From positions 1 to 55,587 of IMG/VR virus record IMGVR_UViG_3300032116_000250: DNA of 55,587 nt. One strand, given 5' to 3'. Source of the stretch: a virus (lineage: Duplodnaviria; Caudoviricetes). The translations under genes and the position numbers were made by a program. Under the pieces are notes generated by a model. That model was not told the origin of the DNA. It was given only the letters and a program-made list of their open reading frames with translations, and ran no database searches. Within the stretch, counting starts at the first letter, position 1, and every line of letters starts with the position of its first letter. Of this stretch, positions 10,233 to 19,053 are shown one piece after another.

Positions 10233-10795
10233 TAGCTATGACCTCGGGTGACCCACGACGTGACGATGAGGTGCATCGTGGCCAACCGTGCGAGTGCTCG
10301 CATCGCTACGTTGGGGTCATAGCGGTGAGGGGTCCACTCGCTGATCATGGCGGTCCACTGGGTGAACAACAGGGTCGGCTCGTTGGACTTCGTCAACAGG
10401 ACCCCCCGCACCTCCCGGCCCAACGCTGTCAGACCCCCCAACCGGTTCAACGTGTGGGACATGTCCGCCAGGTAGATGTCCTGGAGTAGCCCCAGGGAGG
10501 TCCGCAGGAGATCCTCCGGAGGCATGGACAGCAGAGCCTGGTGCAGCGACGCCCCCAAGGCCGTAAGCCTGGGGCTTGTAGATGAGGGCTGCTGGGGTGC
10601 TAGTTGGGGGGAGTCCTTCCCCGAGGCTGCTGAGGAATCTTGTGGTGCTGATGCTGGCTGTTCCGCTTTCAAGCTGCTGGGTTGCGGTGGCGGTGCCGAT
10701 CTTGCCTTCAAGGGTTGCAAGCTCCCGGAGGTAGCGGGTGAGTTGGTTGCTTGCGGCGAGGCTGACGTGGGGGTCTGGGTTTCTGACATGGTCAA
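10232..10795 (-). CDS. Hypothetical protein (start uncertain; N-terminal half overlaps upstream ORF)
   Basis: Stop overlaps the TerL ATG (TAATG); C-terminal ~110 aa look globular, N-terminal part is low-complexity. Confidence 0.5.
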   Translation of the reverse strand: MTMSETQTPTSASPQATNSPATSGSLQPLKARSAPPPQPSSLKAEQPASAPQDSSAASGKDSPQLAPQQPSSTSPRLTALGASLHQALLSMPPEDLLRTSLGLLQDIYLADMSHTLNRLGGLTALGREVRGVLLTKSNEPTLLFTQWTAMISEWTPHRYDPNVAMRALARLATMHLIVTSWVTRGHS

Positions 10796-10955
10796 TGAGT
10801 CCTTCTACGAGTTCTTGCTGGGTGAACGCTTGAGCCCTCAGGGCGAGGTCTGCTCCCTCACTGTTGAAGAAGCTGTCGAATCCTGTGCTTCGGGCGATTT
10901 TGCTTGTGTTGATTCGGGGGTTTCGGGCACCTTGTCCCGGGTAGGAGGGTTCCAT
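10317..10955 (-). CDS. Hypothetical protein, candidate terminase small subunit
   Basis: First ~130 aa helical (QELVEGLIDHVRNPDPHVSLAASNQLTRYLRE); upstream of TerL; tail overlaps the next ORF. Confidence 0.45.
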   Translation of the reverse strand: MEPSYPGQGARNPRINTSKIARSTGFDSFFNSEGADLALRAQAFTQQELVEGLIDHVRNPDPHVSLAASNQLTRYLRELATLEGKIGTATATQQLESGTASISTTRFLSSLGEGLPPTSTPAALIYKPQAYGLGGVAAPGSAVHASGGSPADLPGATPGHLPGGHVPHVEPVGGSDSVGPGGAGGPVDEVQRADPVVHPVDRHDQRVDPSPL

Positions 10956-11485
10956 GGGATGACATCCTTGAGGTCTCGGAGGGCTTGTTTGGTGAACGCA
11001 CGCAACTCAGCGGGTGTCGGCGGGTTCTTCTCATAGAGCAACCGCATCGACTCCTTGAACTGATCCTGAAACTCCTTGAGGGCAATCCCCTTGGTAAGGT
11101 TACGTGCAATCAGGAGTTCCGCCAGCAGGGGGATGACCTTCGAGTGCTCAGCAAACCTGTCGGGCTTGATGCGGCCCTTCACGATCTCCTTGAGGGCGAA
11201 GTTGGGGGAGCCCGGCCGCCCACACTTGAACAGGGCGACCTCCACCCAGAACCCGTGGTAGTACCTCACCCCATCGGGCATCAGTACGTAGGGGACCCCC
11301 AGGTAGTACATGAAGGTCCGCACTCCCTCCAGACTGTCGATGCCGCACCCCTGAAGCATCTTGTAGTAGTGGCCTTCGCTGTAGTACCGGTTACCCACAG
11401 AGGTAGCGAAGAACCCCAGTGGAATAGTTGTGCGGTCCTTGTAGCCAACGTTGGTTTTGAAGGGATATTTGCCTTTTCGAGCCAT
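10838..11485 (-). CDS. Hypothetical protein, first gene of the packaging/head operon
   Basis: 215 aa, AAGGA RBS, divergent from the helicase gene. Confidence 0.7.
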   Translation of the reverse strand: MARKGKYPFKTNVGYKDRTTIPLGFFATSVGNRYYSEGHYYKMLQGCGIDSLEGVRTFMYYLGVPYVLMPDGVRYYHGFWVEVALFKCGRPGSPNFALKEIVKGRIKPDRFAEHSKVIPLLAELLIARNLTKGIALKEFQDQFKESMRLLYEKNPPTPAELRAFTKQALRDLKDVIPWNPPTRDKVPETPESTQAKSPEAQDSTASSTVREQTSP

Positions 11486-11549
11486 TTTCCTTGGGGTCCA
11501 GAGGGTGAGGAACTATACTTCAGTCCGTCCCAAAAACTTAAAAACACGT

Positions 11550-11564
11550 GTGTACTCGTGTACT
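11550..11564. repeat. Single iteron pair in the divergent promoter region
   Basis: GTGTACTCGTGTACT, the reverse complement of AGTACACGAGTACAC at 13231. Confidence 0.75.
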
Positions 11565-11606
11565 GTTCCCCAGAGCATATCCCCCCTGACCCCCGGAGTC
11601 TACCCC

Positions 11607-13076
11607 TTGACCACCTTGAGTCTTCCTGTCACCCGTCCGGTCCTCGTGGCCAAGTTCCTCGTCAACAAGTTCTTCCGTACACCCGGGGGTAAGCAGGGCA
11701 TCTGGTACCACAAGGGCAAGTTCTGGTGCTGGCGGGCCGAGGTCTGGAAGGAGTACACCCGCGACCAGATGCGTGCCGAGATATCCCGCACCCTCATGGA
11801 CGCCACCGTCATCAAGGAGGACGGCAGCACCAGCCCCCTGAACCCCGGCACGTCCACGGTTGAGGACGTGACCACCTTCGTACAGGACCTCTGCGAGTGT
11901 CCCTACGAGAGGTTGCCCGTGTGGTTGCACGGCACGACCCCCGACGGTCTGAACCCCGATCTCGTCGTTGCGTTCCGCGACAAGCTCGTCAGCGTCGAGG
12001 GGGGTGAGTTCAAGTTGATGGACCGCACCGAGGACTGGCTGGACAACGGCGTGCTCGATGCCTCATGGGAGGACGGCCAGTCCGGGGAGTGCCCCACGTG
12101 GATGCGGTGCCTAGCCGAGTGGTCCGGGGGTGACCCCCAGTGGATCGCCCTCATGCAGCAGTGGATGGGCTACAACTTGGTTCCGTCCCGTAGGCGTGCC
12201 CGTTGGATGCTGAAGCACGGCAGCATCCGTGGCGGTAAGGGCACCAGCGACCGGGTGTTGCAGCGGATCATGGGTCCCACAGTGTGCCGGGGCATGTCCA
12301 TGATGGGGCTGACGCGGCAGTTTGGTCTCACGGGGCTGGTCCACGCACGGAGTATCCTCATCTCGGAGTGCCACGAGATGCAGAGTGCCCAGGGGAGCCA
12401 GCTTGCCAGCCTCATCAAGAGTGCTCTGGGTGAGGACCCCCTCGATGTGGATGTGAAGTACGGGGCGGTGCTCCAGAATGTGGTGCTCCGATGTGCCATC
12501 ACGGTGTCCTCCAATGAGATCCCCACCATGCCCAACAAGGGGTCCGGGTTGTCGGGCAAGATGCTGGTCCTCCCCTTCGTACATAGCTTCGTGGACCGCG
12601 AGGACTTCAACCTTGAGGACAAGTTGGCAGCGGAACGGTCCGCCATCGCCGTGTGGGCCATGCAGGGGGCCCTTCAGGTGAGTGGTGCATCGTCCCGGTG
12701 GGCCGTCGCCAACGGGACCCGCGAGGTGATGCTGGAGTACACCACCTACAAGAACCCCGTGGGCCAATTTCTGGAGGACGCCATGTCCGTCCGCGTGGGT
12801 AACCGGGTGGATTTCAACGAGGTGGTGTGGCCCCGCTGGCAGAAGTGGTGTGCGGAGAACAAGCACACCGAGAACACCTCGAAGAAGGAGTTGCAGACCC
12901 GCCTCAAAGAGCAGGCCGGATGGCATCTGAAGGTCGTTAGGCCTGTAGCCGGGGGTCCCTACTACCTTGAGGGTGCTATCCCCAAGTCGTGGGATGTCAG
13001 GCAGGGCCCCGTTGGGCCCGTGGTAGGTGTGGAGGACCGCGAGGACACCGACCTTCAGGAAGGCCCCAACGATTAA
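11607..13076 (+). CDS. D5-like / P4-alpha-like SF3 helicase (D5_N + P-loop), no primase domain seen
   Basis: WYHKGKFWCW N-terminus, CPTWMRCL, Walker A HGSIRGGKGT, Walker B ILISE, motif C ITVSSNEIP; TTG start at 11607 with GGAG RBS. Confidence 0.85.
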   Translation: MTTLSLPVTRPVLVAKFLVNKFFRTPGGKQGIWYHKGKFWCWRAEVWKEYTRDQMRAEISRTLMDATVIKEDGSTSPLNPGTSTVEDVTTFVQDLCECPYERLPVWLHGTTPDGLNPDLVVAFRDKLVSVEGGEFKLMDRTEDWLDNGVLDASWEDGQSGECPTWMRCLAEWSGGDPQWIALMQQWMGYNLVPSRRRARWMLKHGSIRGGKGTSDRVLQRIMGPTVCRGMSMMGLTRQFGLTGLVHARSILISECHEMQSAQGSQLASLIKSALGEDPLDVDVKYGAVLQNVVLRCAITVSSNEIPTMPNKGSGLSGKMLVLPFVHSFVDREDFNLEDKLAAERSAIAVWAMQGALQVSGASSRWAVANGTREVMLEYTTYKNPVGQFLEDAMSVRVGNRVDFNEVVWPRWQKWCAENKHTENTSKKELQTRLKEQAGWHLKVVRPVAGGPYYLEGAIPKSWDVRQGPVGPVVGVEDREDTDLQEGPND

Positions 13077-13230
13077 TTGTGGGGCGTACCCCGGGGGGTC
13101 GATCTACGGACCCCTAGGAGCCTCCCCTCACGTGGCTGGGAGGTGGCAAGAAACGGCCCTAGCGTCGAAACGTACCCCCGGGGACAATGACCCGGGGGTA
13201 CTTGTCGTTCTGGGGGCACATGACCCCGGG

Positions 13231-13380
13231 AGTACACGAGTACACGTGTCATTACGTATTCTTTTATATATTACTTTACTTTTACTTTTAGAAAAGAGAG
13301 ATGTACTCATGTACTAGGAGGTATTACACATGAGATATGACCTTTTGGAGGCGTGTAGTCCCCGTGTACTGATTTGTACT
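13231..13380. other. Origin-like element A
   Basis: AGTACACGAGTACAC, 55 bp AT-rich core, inverted ATGTACTCATGTACT, plus two auxiliary TGTACT sites; directly downstream of the helicase gene. Confidence 0.7.
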
Positions 13381-13780
13381 GGCGATATTGGGTCACCAGC
13401 GGGCACATTATTGGTCAATTAGGGGGACGTTAGGTTTCATAGGGTCAGGAATTCTGGTAGAAAAGGGGGGTCCAACCCCACCAAACACCTGACCCTCTGG
13501 GGGCCGACGGGGGCTACCCTTTGACAGGGATCTAACAGATGCACACTGCTCGTATACTCTTCCATGCGAGTGCCTCGCATACTAAGACATCACACCTTCC
13601 AACCACCAAGTCCTCCGTTCGGTTCTCGTTCACTACACACGGACTACACGTTTAGTACACCCCGGCGTTATCGGACGGCCCCCTGACCCCACCTACTAGG
13701 TTATCGTTTGGTTGTGCGTTAGTAGTCTGTTTGTTGGGCTACTAAAGACACAAACCCTCAAACCCCGGAGCACACAAGTC

Positions 13781-14056
13781 ATGAAACGACTGACCGCGAT
13801 GGCTAAGCACTACCAAACCCACACCCAACCCCACCTCGACACCCAGTGCAAACGCCACCTCGACCTCGCCATCACCCACCACACCAAGTCCCTCACCACC
13901 CCATCACACACCGACGCCGTCGCCCACCACAACACCGCCCTTTACCACCTAGAAACCGCCTCCCTTTACAACTTCGACCTAACCCTTACAACAACCTACA
14001 ACGGACAACTCCTCGTTGACCTCCTCGGCAAACGTCAGCACATGCCTCCAATGTAA
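13781..14056 (+). CDS. Hypothetical early protein (His/Thr-rich)
   Basis: ATG at 13781 with GGAG RBS. Confidence 0.6.
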   Translation: MKRLTAMAKHYQTHTQPHLDTQCKRHLDLAITHHTKSLTTPSHTDAVAHHNTALYHLETASLYNFDLTLTTTYNGQLLVDLLGKRQHMPPM

Positions 14057-14098
14057 CCGCTTACACAAGATGTAACCGCTTACATGTAACCGCTTACA
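14052..14098. repeat. Three copies of the near-palindrome TGTAACCGCTTACA (LacI/GalR-type operator-like)
   Basis: Exact copies at 14052-14065, 14071-14084 and 14085-14098. Confidence 0.85.
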
Positions 14099-14251
14099 CC
14101 CACCACCTCACCCCCAGCACCATCCCACCCAACGGTGGCTTGGTGCTTTCGTAGATAGCTTGGTTATGGGGCTATGAGAACCTGAATCCAGCGTGCATGT
14201 TGCACCCTGAGGTTGCTCACCCCATCCCCGGCACTACTTGGAGTCCTAGTT

Positions 14252-14713
14252 ATGAAGTCCATCTTCTCAGCCCCCCTGGCCCCCATCTCCTCGACCTACA
14301 CCGTCATGGAGATCACCTTCTACGAGGGCAACAACCGCCAGGTCCTCAAGTTCAACGGCACCAACGAAGACACCGTCGCCCGCAAGGCCGAGTCCATCAC
14401 CGAAGCCCTCGGCTCCCCCGAGTGGATCGGCATCGCCCGTGCAGTGAACACCAACCCGCAGGCCCTCGCCGAGTTGTACGCATGGGCGACCGCCAACGCC
14501 GTGACCGACAACCCGCCCGCCGACAAGGTCCGCAGCACCTTGACCTACGTCACCACGATGGTTCCCACCTCCTGCTACATCACCGACCGCCGAGCAGCCG
14601 TCACAGCGGCCTTCTCCGGCGGCTCACGCAAGTCCAACGCCGCCGCCGACCTCGCCAGTTCAGTCAAGCGGCCCACCGCCCTGAACGTCGCCCCCGGCGA
14701 AATCCCCTTCTAA
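14252..14713 (+). CDS. Hypothetical early protein ending in -GEIPF
   Basis: GGAG RBS, strong codon bias, followed by a hairpin. Confidence 0.75.
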   Translation: MKSIFSAPLAPISSTYTVMEITFYEGNNRQVLKFNGTNEDTVARKAESITEALGSPEWIGIARAVNTNPQALAELYAWATANAVTDNPPADKVRSTLTYVTTMVPTSCYITDRRAAVTAAFSGGSRKSNAAADLASSVKRPTALNVAPGEIPF

Positions 14714-14744
14714 CGGTCCCATAGGTCAGCCAGCACAACCTCAG

Positions 14745-14778
14745 GACTCCACGGCCCACCAGCCGTGGAGTCTCTTTC
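14745..14778 (+). terminator. Putative intrinsic terminator
   Basis: GACTCCACGGC-CCACCA-GCCGTGGAGTC followed by TCTTTC. Confidence 0.55.
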
Positions 14779-14835
14779 GTCGGAAGCCGCACGTGCGTCT
14801 CCCAACTTACAGCACCTCTCTCCAGGAGCACTCGC

Positions 14836-15078
14836 ATGACACTCAGCGTTAGCCGTCCCCACCTCAAGACCCCCGCCCAGATCCACAGCTACCTCATCAG
14901 CTACTACCCCAACGAGCAGGTACTCGCCGAACTCGACCGCTTCACCGGCGAGACCACCGAAGCCCTCACCGAATGTGCCGTCCAAAAAGCCCTCACCATC
15001 GCCAAGTCAGGCCGTCACCACAGCATCCGCATCCTCATCACAGCACAGCGTGCCATCATCCTCGGCCAGCACCACTAA
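14836..15078 (+). CDS. Hypothetical protein
   Basis: 80 aa, AGGAG RBS. Confidence 0.7.
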   Translation: MTLSVSRPHLKTPAQIHSYLISYYPNEQVLAELDRFTGETTEALTECAVQKALTIAKSGRHHSIRILITAQRAIILGQHH

Positions 15079-15093
15079 CTCAAGGACCCCCAC

Positions 15094-15447
15094 ATGTCAA
15101 TCCCCACCTCCCAGTGCCAGTACCTCCTGACCCGACTGACAGCCCTGAGCATCGCCGTCGAGGCCAACATCCGCACCCTCAACACCTACCTCGCTGACCC
15201 CACGGACACCTCCGCTCTCCGTGACTACCTCCGCACCTCTGCCGACCTCGAACGCCTCTCCCCTGACTTCCACAGGTCAGCCGCCGACGACTACTTCCAT
15301 GGCCAGGAAGACGTCCCCAGCAACCCCACACACGAAGAGGAGATCGCCTACCAAGCCTACCTCGACAGCAAGGAACGCGAGCACGACGCCCAGTACGGCA
15401 ACCCCCACGGCGAGTCCCCCGAACGCTTCGACACATCCGCCCAATAA
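15094..15447 (+). CDS. Hypothetical protein (acidic C-terminus)
   Basis: 117 aa, AAGGA RBS. Confidence 0.7.
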   Translation: MSIPTSQCQYLLTRLTALSIAVEANIRTLNTYLADPTDTSALRDYLRTSADLERLSPDFHRSAADDYFHGQEDVPSNPTHEEEIAYQAYLDSKEREHDAQYGNPHGESPERFDTSAQ

Positions 15448-15552
15448 CACCACCACCCCAGCACATCGAGCCCAACGGCTCCCTGTGCTTTTTCCCGGGA
15501 CTACATCGTGTACTCCCGAACTTACCCCAACTCCCATCCAGGAGTCCTGACC

Positions 15553-16521
15553 GTGTCCAAAAAGCCCCTCCCCCGCCGCAACCCCCTAACCCCTTCCACC
15601 AACTTGTCACCCGCAGACCTACCGGGTCAAACAGAGATCTTCACAAAGCGACTCCTCCCATCGGGCAAACCCGCCATCCACCTGAACATACCGGTCCCCA
15701 TCTCCACCACCCGCTCTCACTGGTCCCAACGTCCTCCCACCCAACTCAAGAACCCCACCACAGGCCAGCCCCTCTACGACCACAACGGCGAGCCCCGCTA
15801 CCTCTACCCCAATCCGGAAATCGGACGCCTCACCCTCAACACGAGCACCCCCATCACCTACACAGACGACGACGGCACCAAACGCACGGGCACCATCGGC
15901 TGCTACATCAGCTTCCACGTGGTCCTCCCCGAGACCCCCCTCGCCCACAGGTTGGAGAGCGAGACCCTCAACAACGACACCATCAGCGACCCCGACCCAA
16001 CATCACCCGCCTACGCCCAGCGTGACAAGGACAACCCCCTACGCAAACTCGCCGACAACAACGGGTCCTTCGCACCAACCATCGACGCTCAGGTCAGTCC
16101 TGTGCAAGCCCGCCAGCAGGAACTCACCGCCAACATGACCAAGCGTGCCGCCCCCCTACCCACCTACACCAGCAGGTCCACCAAGAAGAAGATCTCCACC
16201 TCCGTGTTCTCCACCTACACCACCAAGTTCAATGACCTCCGCGACTCCTACGGTGGGTCCAAGATCCCCCCCGAACTCTACGCCACCGAACTCCGAGCAC
16301 TCTACGAACTCCTGGAACCCCCCTACCTGACCCCCGAGGACGCCCTCGTCGGCCCCAACCTCCAGGACAAGATCTCCAGCGAACTCTCGACGGTAGAGGT
16401 CCTCCTCGTCAACCCCGAGGTCAGCGACTCCGACCAACAGGTGAGTTCCACCCTGGCCAACGACGTCTCCAACATCTCACCGGTCATCCCCGTGACTGAC
16501 TCCTACGACAGCGACGAATAA
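15553..16521 (+). CDS. Hypothetical protein
   Basis: GTG start after AGGAG; acidic tail DSYDSDE. Confidence 0.7.
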   Translation: MSKKPLPRRNPLTPSTNLSPADLPGQTEIFTKRLLPSGKPAIHLNIPVPISTTRSHWSQRPPTQLKNPTTGQPLYDHNGEPRYLYPNPEIGRLTLNTSTPITYTDDDGTKRTGTIGCYISFHVVLPETPLAHRLESETLNNDTISDPDPTSPAYAQRDKDNPLRKLADNNGSFAPTIDAQVSPVQARQQELTANMTKRAAPLPTYTSRSTKKKISTSVFSTYTTKFNDLRDSYGGSKIPPELYATELRALYELLEPPYLTPEDALVGPNLQDKISSELSTVEVLLVNPEVSDSDQQVSSTLANDVSNISPVIPVTDSYDSDE

Positions 16522-16595
16522 CACCAACCCCATAGGTGGGTCCCCCGAGAGGAGGACCCCCCACTTCCCGTACCCTTACCCCCTGGAGCCCCAAC

Positions 16596-16949
16596 ATGCT
16601 AACGTTTTTCCACTGGTCCCCTGACACCGTCACAACTCCTGGCCACACCAACACCCCTGTCCAAGTCCGCTCTCTCACACCGGGCACTCTCTTCATCATC
16701 GACAACGGTGACCCCCACCCCCACATCTACCTCCTCATCAAACCCTCTTACCGCGTGGACGTCGGCATCTACGACAAGGTCCCTCTGACCGGCCAACCCC
16801 GAGCCACCCGCTACGAATTCCTCGCAGTACGCCTGACCGCAACAACCAGCGAAAGCTTCCACATCACCGGCGACCACTACACCGAAGTCCTCCCCCTAAC
16901 CCAACAGAACCTCCTCGTCATCCTCCCCGAGGTCAAAGCCCCGGAATAA
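16596..16949 (+). CDS. Hypothetical protein
   Basis: ATG after GGAG RBS. Confidence 0.65.
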   Translation: MLTFFHWSPDTVTTPGHTNTPVQVRSLTPGTLFIIDNGDPHPHIYLLIKPSYRVDVGIYDKVPLTGQPRATRYEFLAVRLTATTSESFHITGDHYTEVLPLTQQNLLVILPEVKAPE

Positions 16950-17186
16950 CTGTGGGGTGTGTTGCGGCCCTGTGGGGGGGCCCCAACACAAGGGGGTGTG
17001 TAGGTCCAACAACTCAACGGCCCAACGGCCACCACCCCAACTCCTGGAACCCTCCCCTTGCACAGGTAATCCCCAGCACATCCCCCGCGATGTGCGACGG
17101 CCACACCATGTGAGGGGAGGGTTTTCTTTTGCGCAACCCTGGGCTATCATTGGCCCAACTTTTACCCCCTTGTTCCGGAGACCTGT

Positions 17187-17441
17187 ATGCCCGACGATCC
17201 CACCCCTGCAACTACCAAGCACATCGAGAACCTGCCTCTCCGTGATGTCCCCCCACTCGCCACCACCTACTACGCCTTCCAAGGACTCTTCAGCACCAAC
17301 ACCAAGGAATGGGGCCTCTACACCTTTGCCACCCTCAAGCAGGCCCACCAGATGCACGCCTACTACATCAAACAGGGCTTCACAGTACATCCCGCCATCC
17401 ACGAAATCACCCTGACCCACCAATCCCACCCCGGAGAATAA
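17187..17441 (+). CDS. Hypothetical protein
   Basis: 84 aa, GGAG RBS. Confidence 0.7.
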   Translation: MPDDPTPATTKHIENLPLRDVPPLATTYYAFQGLFSTNTKEWGLYTFATLKQAHQMHAYYIKQGFTVHPAIHEITLTHQSHPGE

Positions 17442-17445
17442 CCCC

Positions 17446-17700
17446 ATGACCATCACCATAGACCCCCAGGACATCTTCATCCTCAAACAACGGGACGAGT
17501 GCGACTTCTACCTCATCCAGCAACGCCGCAACAAGTTCCGAAACGTCGGCGACTCCAAGTAGTACCCCGGCTACCACGACGACATCCCCCTCTCCCCCAC
17601 CGTCGCATTTGCTCTGATCTTTTCGATGGGCCACACCCTCAAATCCAACACGCTTCCCAGTTTCAACCCCAACGCATGTATGCGTAAACCCAAGGACTAA
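17446..17700 (+). pseudogene. 84-codon ORF interrupted by an in-frame TAG at 17560-17562 (pseudogene or readthrough)
   Basis: MTITIDPQDIFILKQRDECDFYLIQQRRNKFRNVGDSK*YPGYHDDIPLSPTVAFALIFSMGHTLKSNTLPSFNPNACMRKPKD; ends at TAA 4 nt before the next ATG. Confidence 0.55.
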
Positions 17701-17704
17701 CCCC

Positions 17705-17767
17705 ATGACCATCGACATCCACCCCGGCGACACGTTCAACCTCCTCGCCGAAGGCGGTGCCGCGTGA
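17705..17767 (+). pseudogene. 20-codon ORF, probable truncated paralogue of the preceding gene
   Basis: MTIDIHPGDTFNLLAEGGAA; shares the TAACCCCATGACCATC start context with 17446. Confidence 0.4.
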
Positions 17768-18045
17768 AGCAAGGGAAGAAACGCAACAAGCCATTAGGCA
17801 GCCGGGCCATTGACTACGCCGCGAAACGGATAGCACCGGACGGACACATCGGGCTGGAACAGATCGACGACGCCCGGTACTACGGACTGATTCAGGGCTA
17901 CCTCGCAGGATTCAGGGCGTGTTCCGCCCAGCGTGCCGCACGGAAGGCGAAGCCCCGCAAAGAGAAATGCACCCGCGATGCGGCGTGCCGCGTTCACACC
18001 CACAGCGATTGTCCGGGCGGACACAAATCAAGGAGCGAGAAGTGA
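17764..18045 (+). CDS. Hypothetical protein
   Basis: 93 aa, GTGA overlaps at both ends. Confidence 0.6.
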   Translation: MKQGKKRNKPLGSRAIDYAAKRIAPDGHIGLEQIDDARYYGLIQGYLAGFRACSAQRAARKAKPRKEKCTRDAACRVHTHSDCPGGHKSRSEK

Positions 18046-18473
18046 ACGACAAACCCGACCTGCTGAACATCATCGAAGCCGCGATGAACACCTGCCATGC
18101 GGAAGGTGACTACGACCCGGAGAACGACTACATCAAAGACCCGCTCTGCCGTCGCGTATATCACGCTCTCGGCCAGTCCGCCGCCGAGATCACACGTCTC
18201 CGCGATGCCGTCCGCGTGCTGGGGGCGGATTTGCTAGTGTGTCGCAAGATAGCTGCTTTCCCAATCAAGTATCACGTTTACCTCAACGGTGTAAAGTGCG
18301 GATGCTGCGGGCAAATGACGCACGGGGTTTATGAAGACGATGAAGGCCGGATTGATCACAGCAAGGTTTATCACAGTACAAACTGCCTTGTAACCGAGAG
18401 GAAAAAGACCTTTGCTGCCGTCGAATCCGACCCCATCGCCGCCGCCGCCGTGCGGGGGGAGGTGAAGGAATGA
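18042..18473 (+). CDS. Hypothetical protein (CGCCG motif)
   Basis: GTG start after AAGGAG. Confidence 0.65.
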   Translation: MNDKPDLLNIIEAAMNTCHAEGDYDPENDYIKDPLCRRVYHALGQSAAEITRLRDAVRVLGADLLVCRKIAAFPIKYHVYLNGVKCGCCGQMTHGVYEDDEGRIDHSKVYHSTNCLVTERKKTFAAVESDPIAAAAVRGEVKE

Positions 18474-18679
18474 GCGAACCATCAAGAACGTTCCAACACG
18501 CCGACAAGAGCGGCACAACGAAGATCGGCCGGAACTCCACCAGCACTGGAATCCTCATCGTCCAGCAACGTCCCATGACCGACACCGAGCGAGTCATCAT
18601 CCCGTGGGCGGACTGGCCGACGTTCCGCGATGCGATGGAGCGGTACTACGTCGAACACACAGCAAAGGAGAGCAAATGA
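18470..18679 (+). CDS. Hypothetical protein
   Basis: 69 aa, GGAGG RBS, ATGA overlaps. Confidence 0.65.
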   Translation: MSEPSRTFQHADKSGTTKIGRNSTSTGILIVQQRPMTDTERVIIPWADWPTFRDAMERYYVEHTAKESK

Positions 18680-19053
18680 ACCCCGACACGATGAGCCTTG
18701 TCGAACTTCGAGCATGGTTGGCGATAGATGACGGCTGGACGTACGTAAACAGCGCGCGGCACGTCGGATGGTGGATGCACGCCACCCTGAACGATTGCAA
18801 CGACGGCGACCATCCGCACCGGGACAGCATTGACGGTGCGGCGGCAGCGATGCCAGCGGGATGGTTTTGGATGAGAGATGGCGGAAGCGAGGCGAACCCG
18901 CAGGGACTACTGCTAAAGTGGGTTGCTTGCCAAATCGGGGCAACCCGCTGGGGCATTGTCTCAACCCTTGACACTGGCGACGAGATCACGGATCGTTATC
19001 GCCTTGCTGTCAAGTGCCGCATCGCGGAGAAGGAGTCCAAGCATGGAAACTGA
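18676..19053 (+). CDS. Hypothetical protein (Trp-rich)
   Basis: ATG after AAGGAG. Confidence 0.65.
   Translation: MNPDTMSLVELRAWLAIDDGWTYVNSARHVGWWMHATLNDCNDGDHPHRDSIDGAAAAMPAGWFWMRDGGSEANPQGLLLKWVACQIGATRWGIVSTLDTGDEITDRYRLAVKCRIAEKESKHGN

Noticed and set aside
13521-13558. TTGACA...TATACT promoter
   Set aside because: The hexamers are 26 nt apart; spacing is incompatible with sigma70.
14052-14098. Mini CRISPR array
   Set aside because: 14-bp repeats with 5-nt and 0-nt gaps; no spacers.
17560-17562. Genome-wide TAG reassignment
   Set aside because: All large genes are intact in the standard code, a few genes end in TAG, and no CUA-anticodon tRNA is present.
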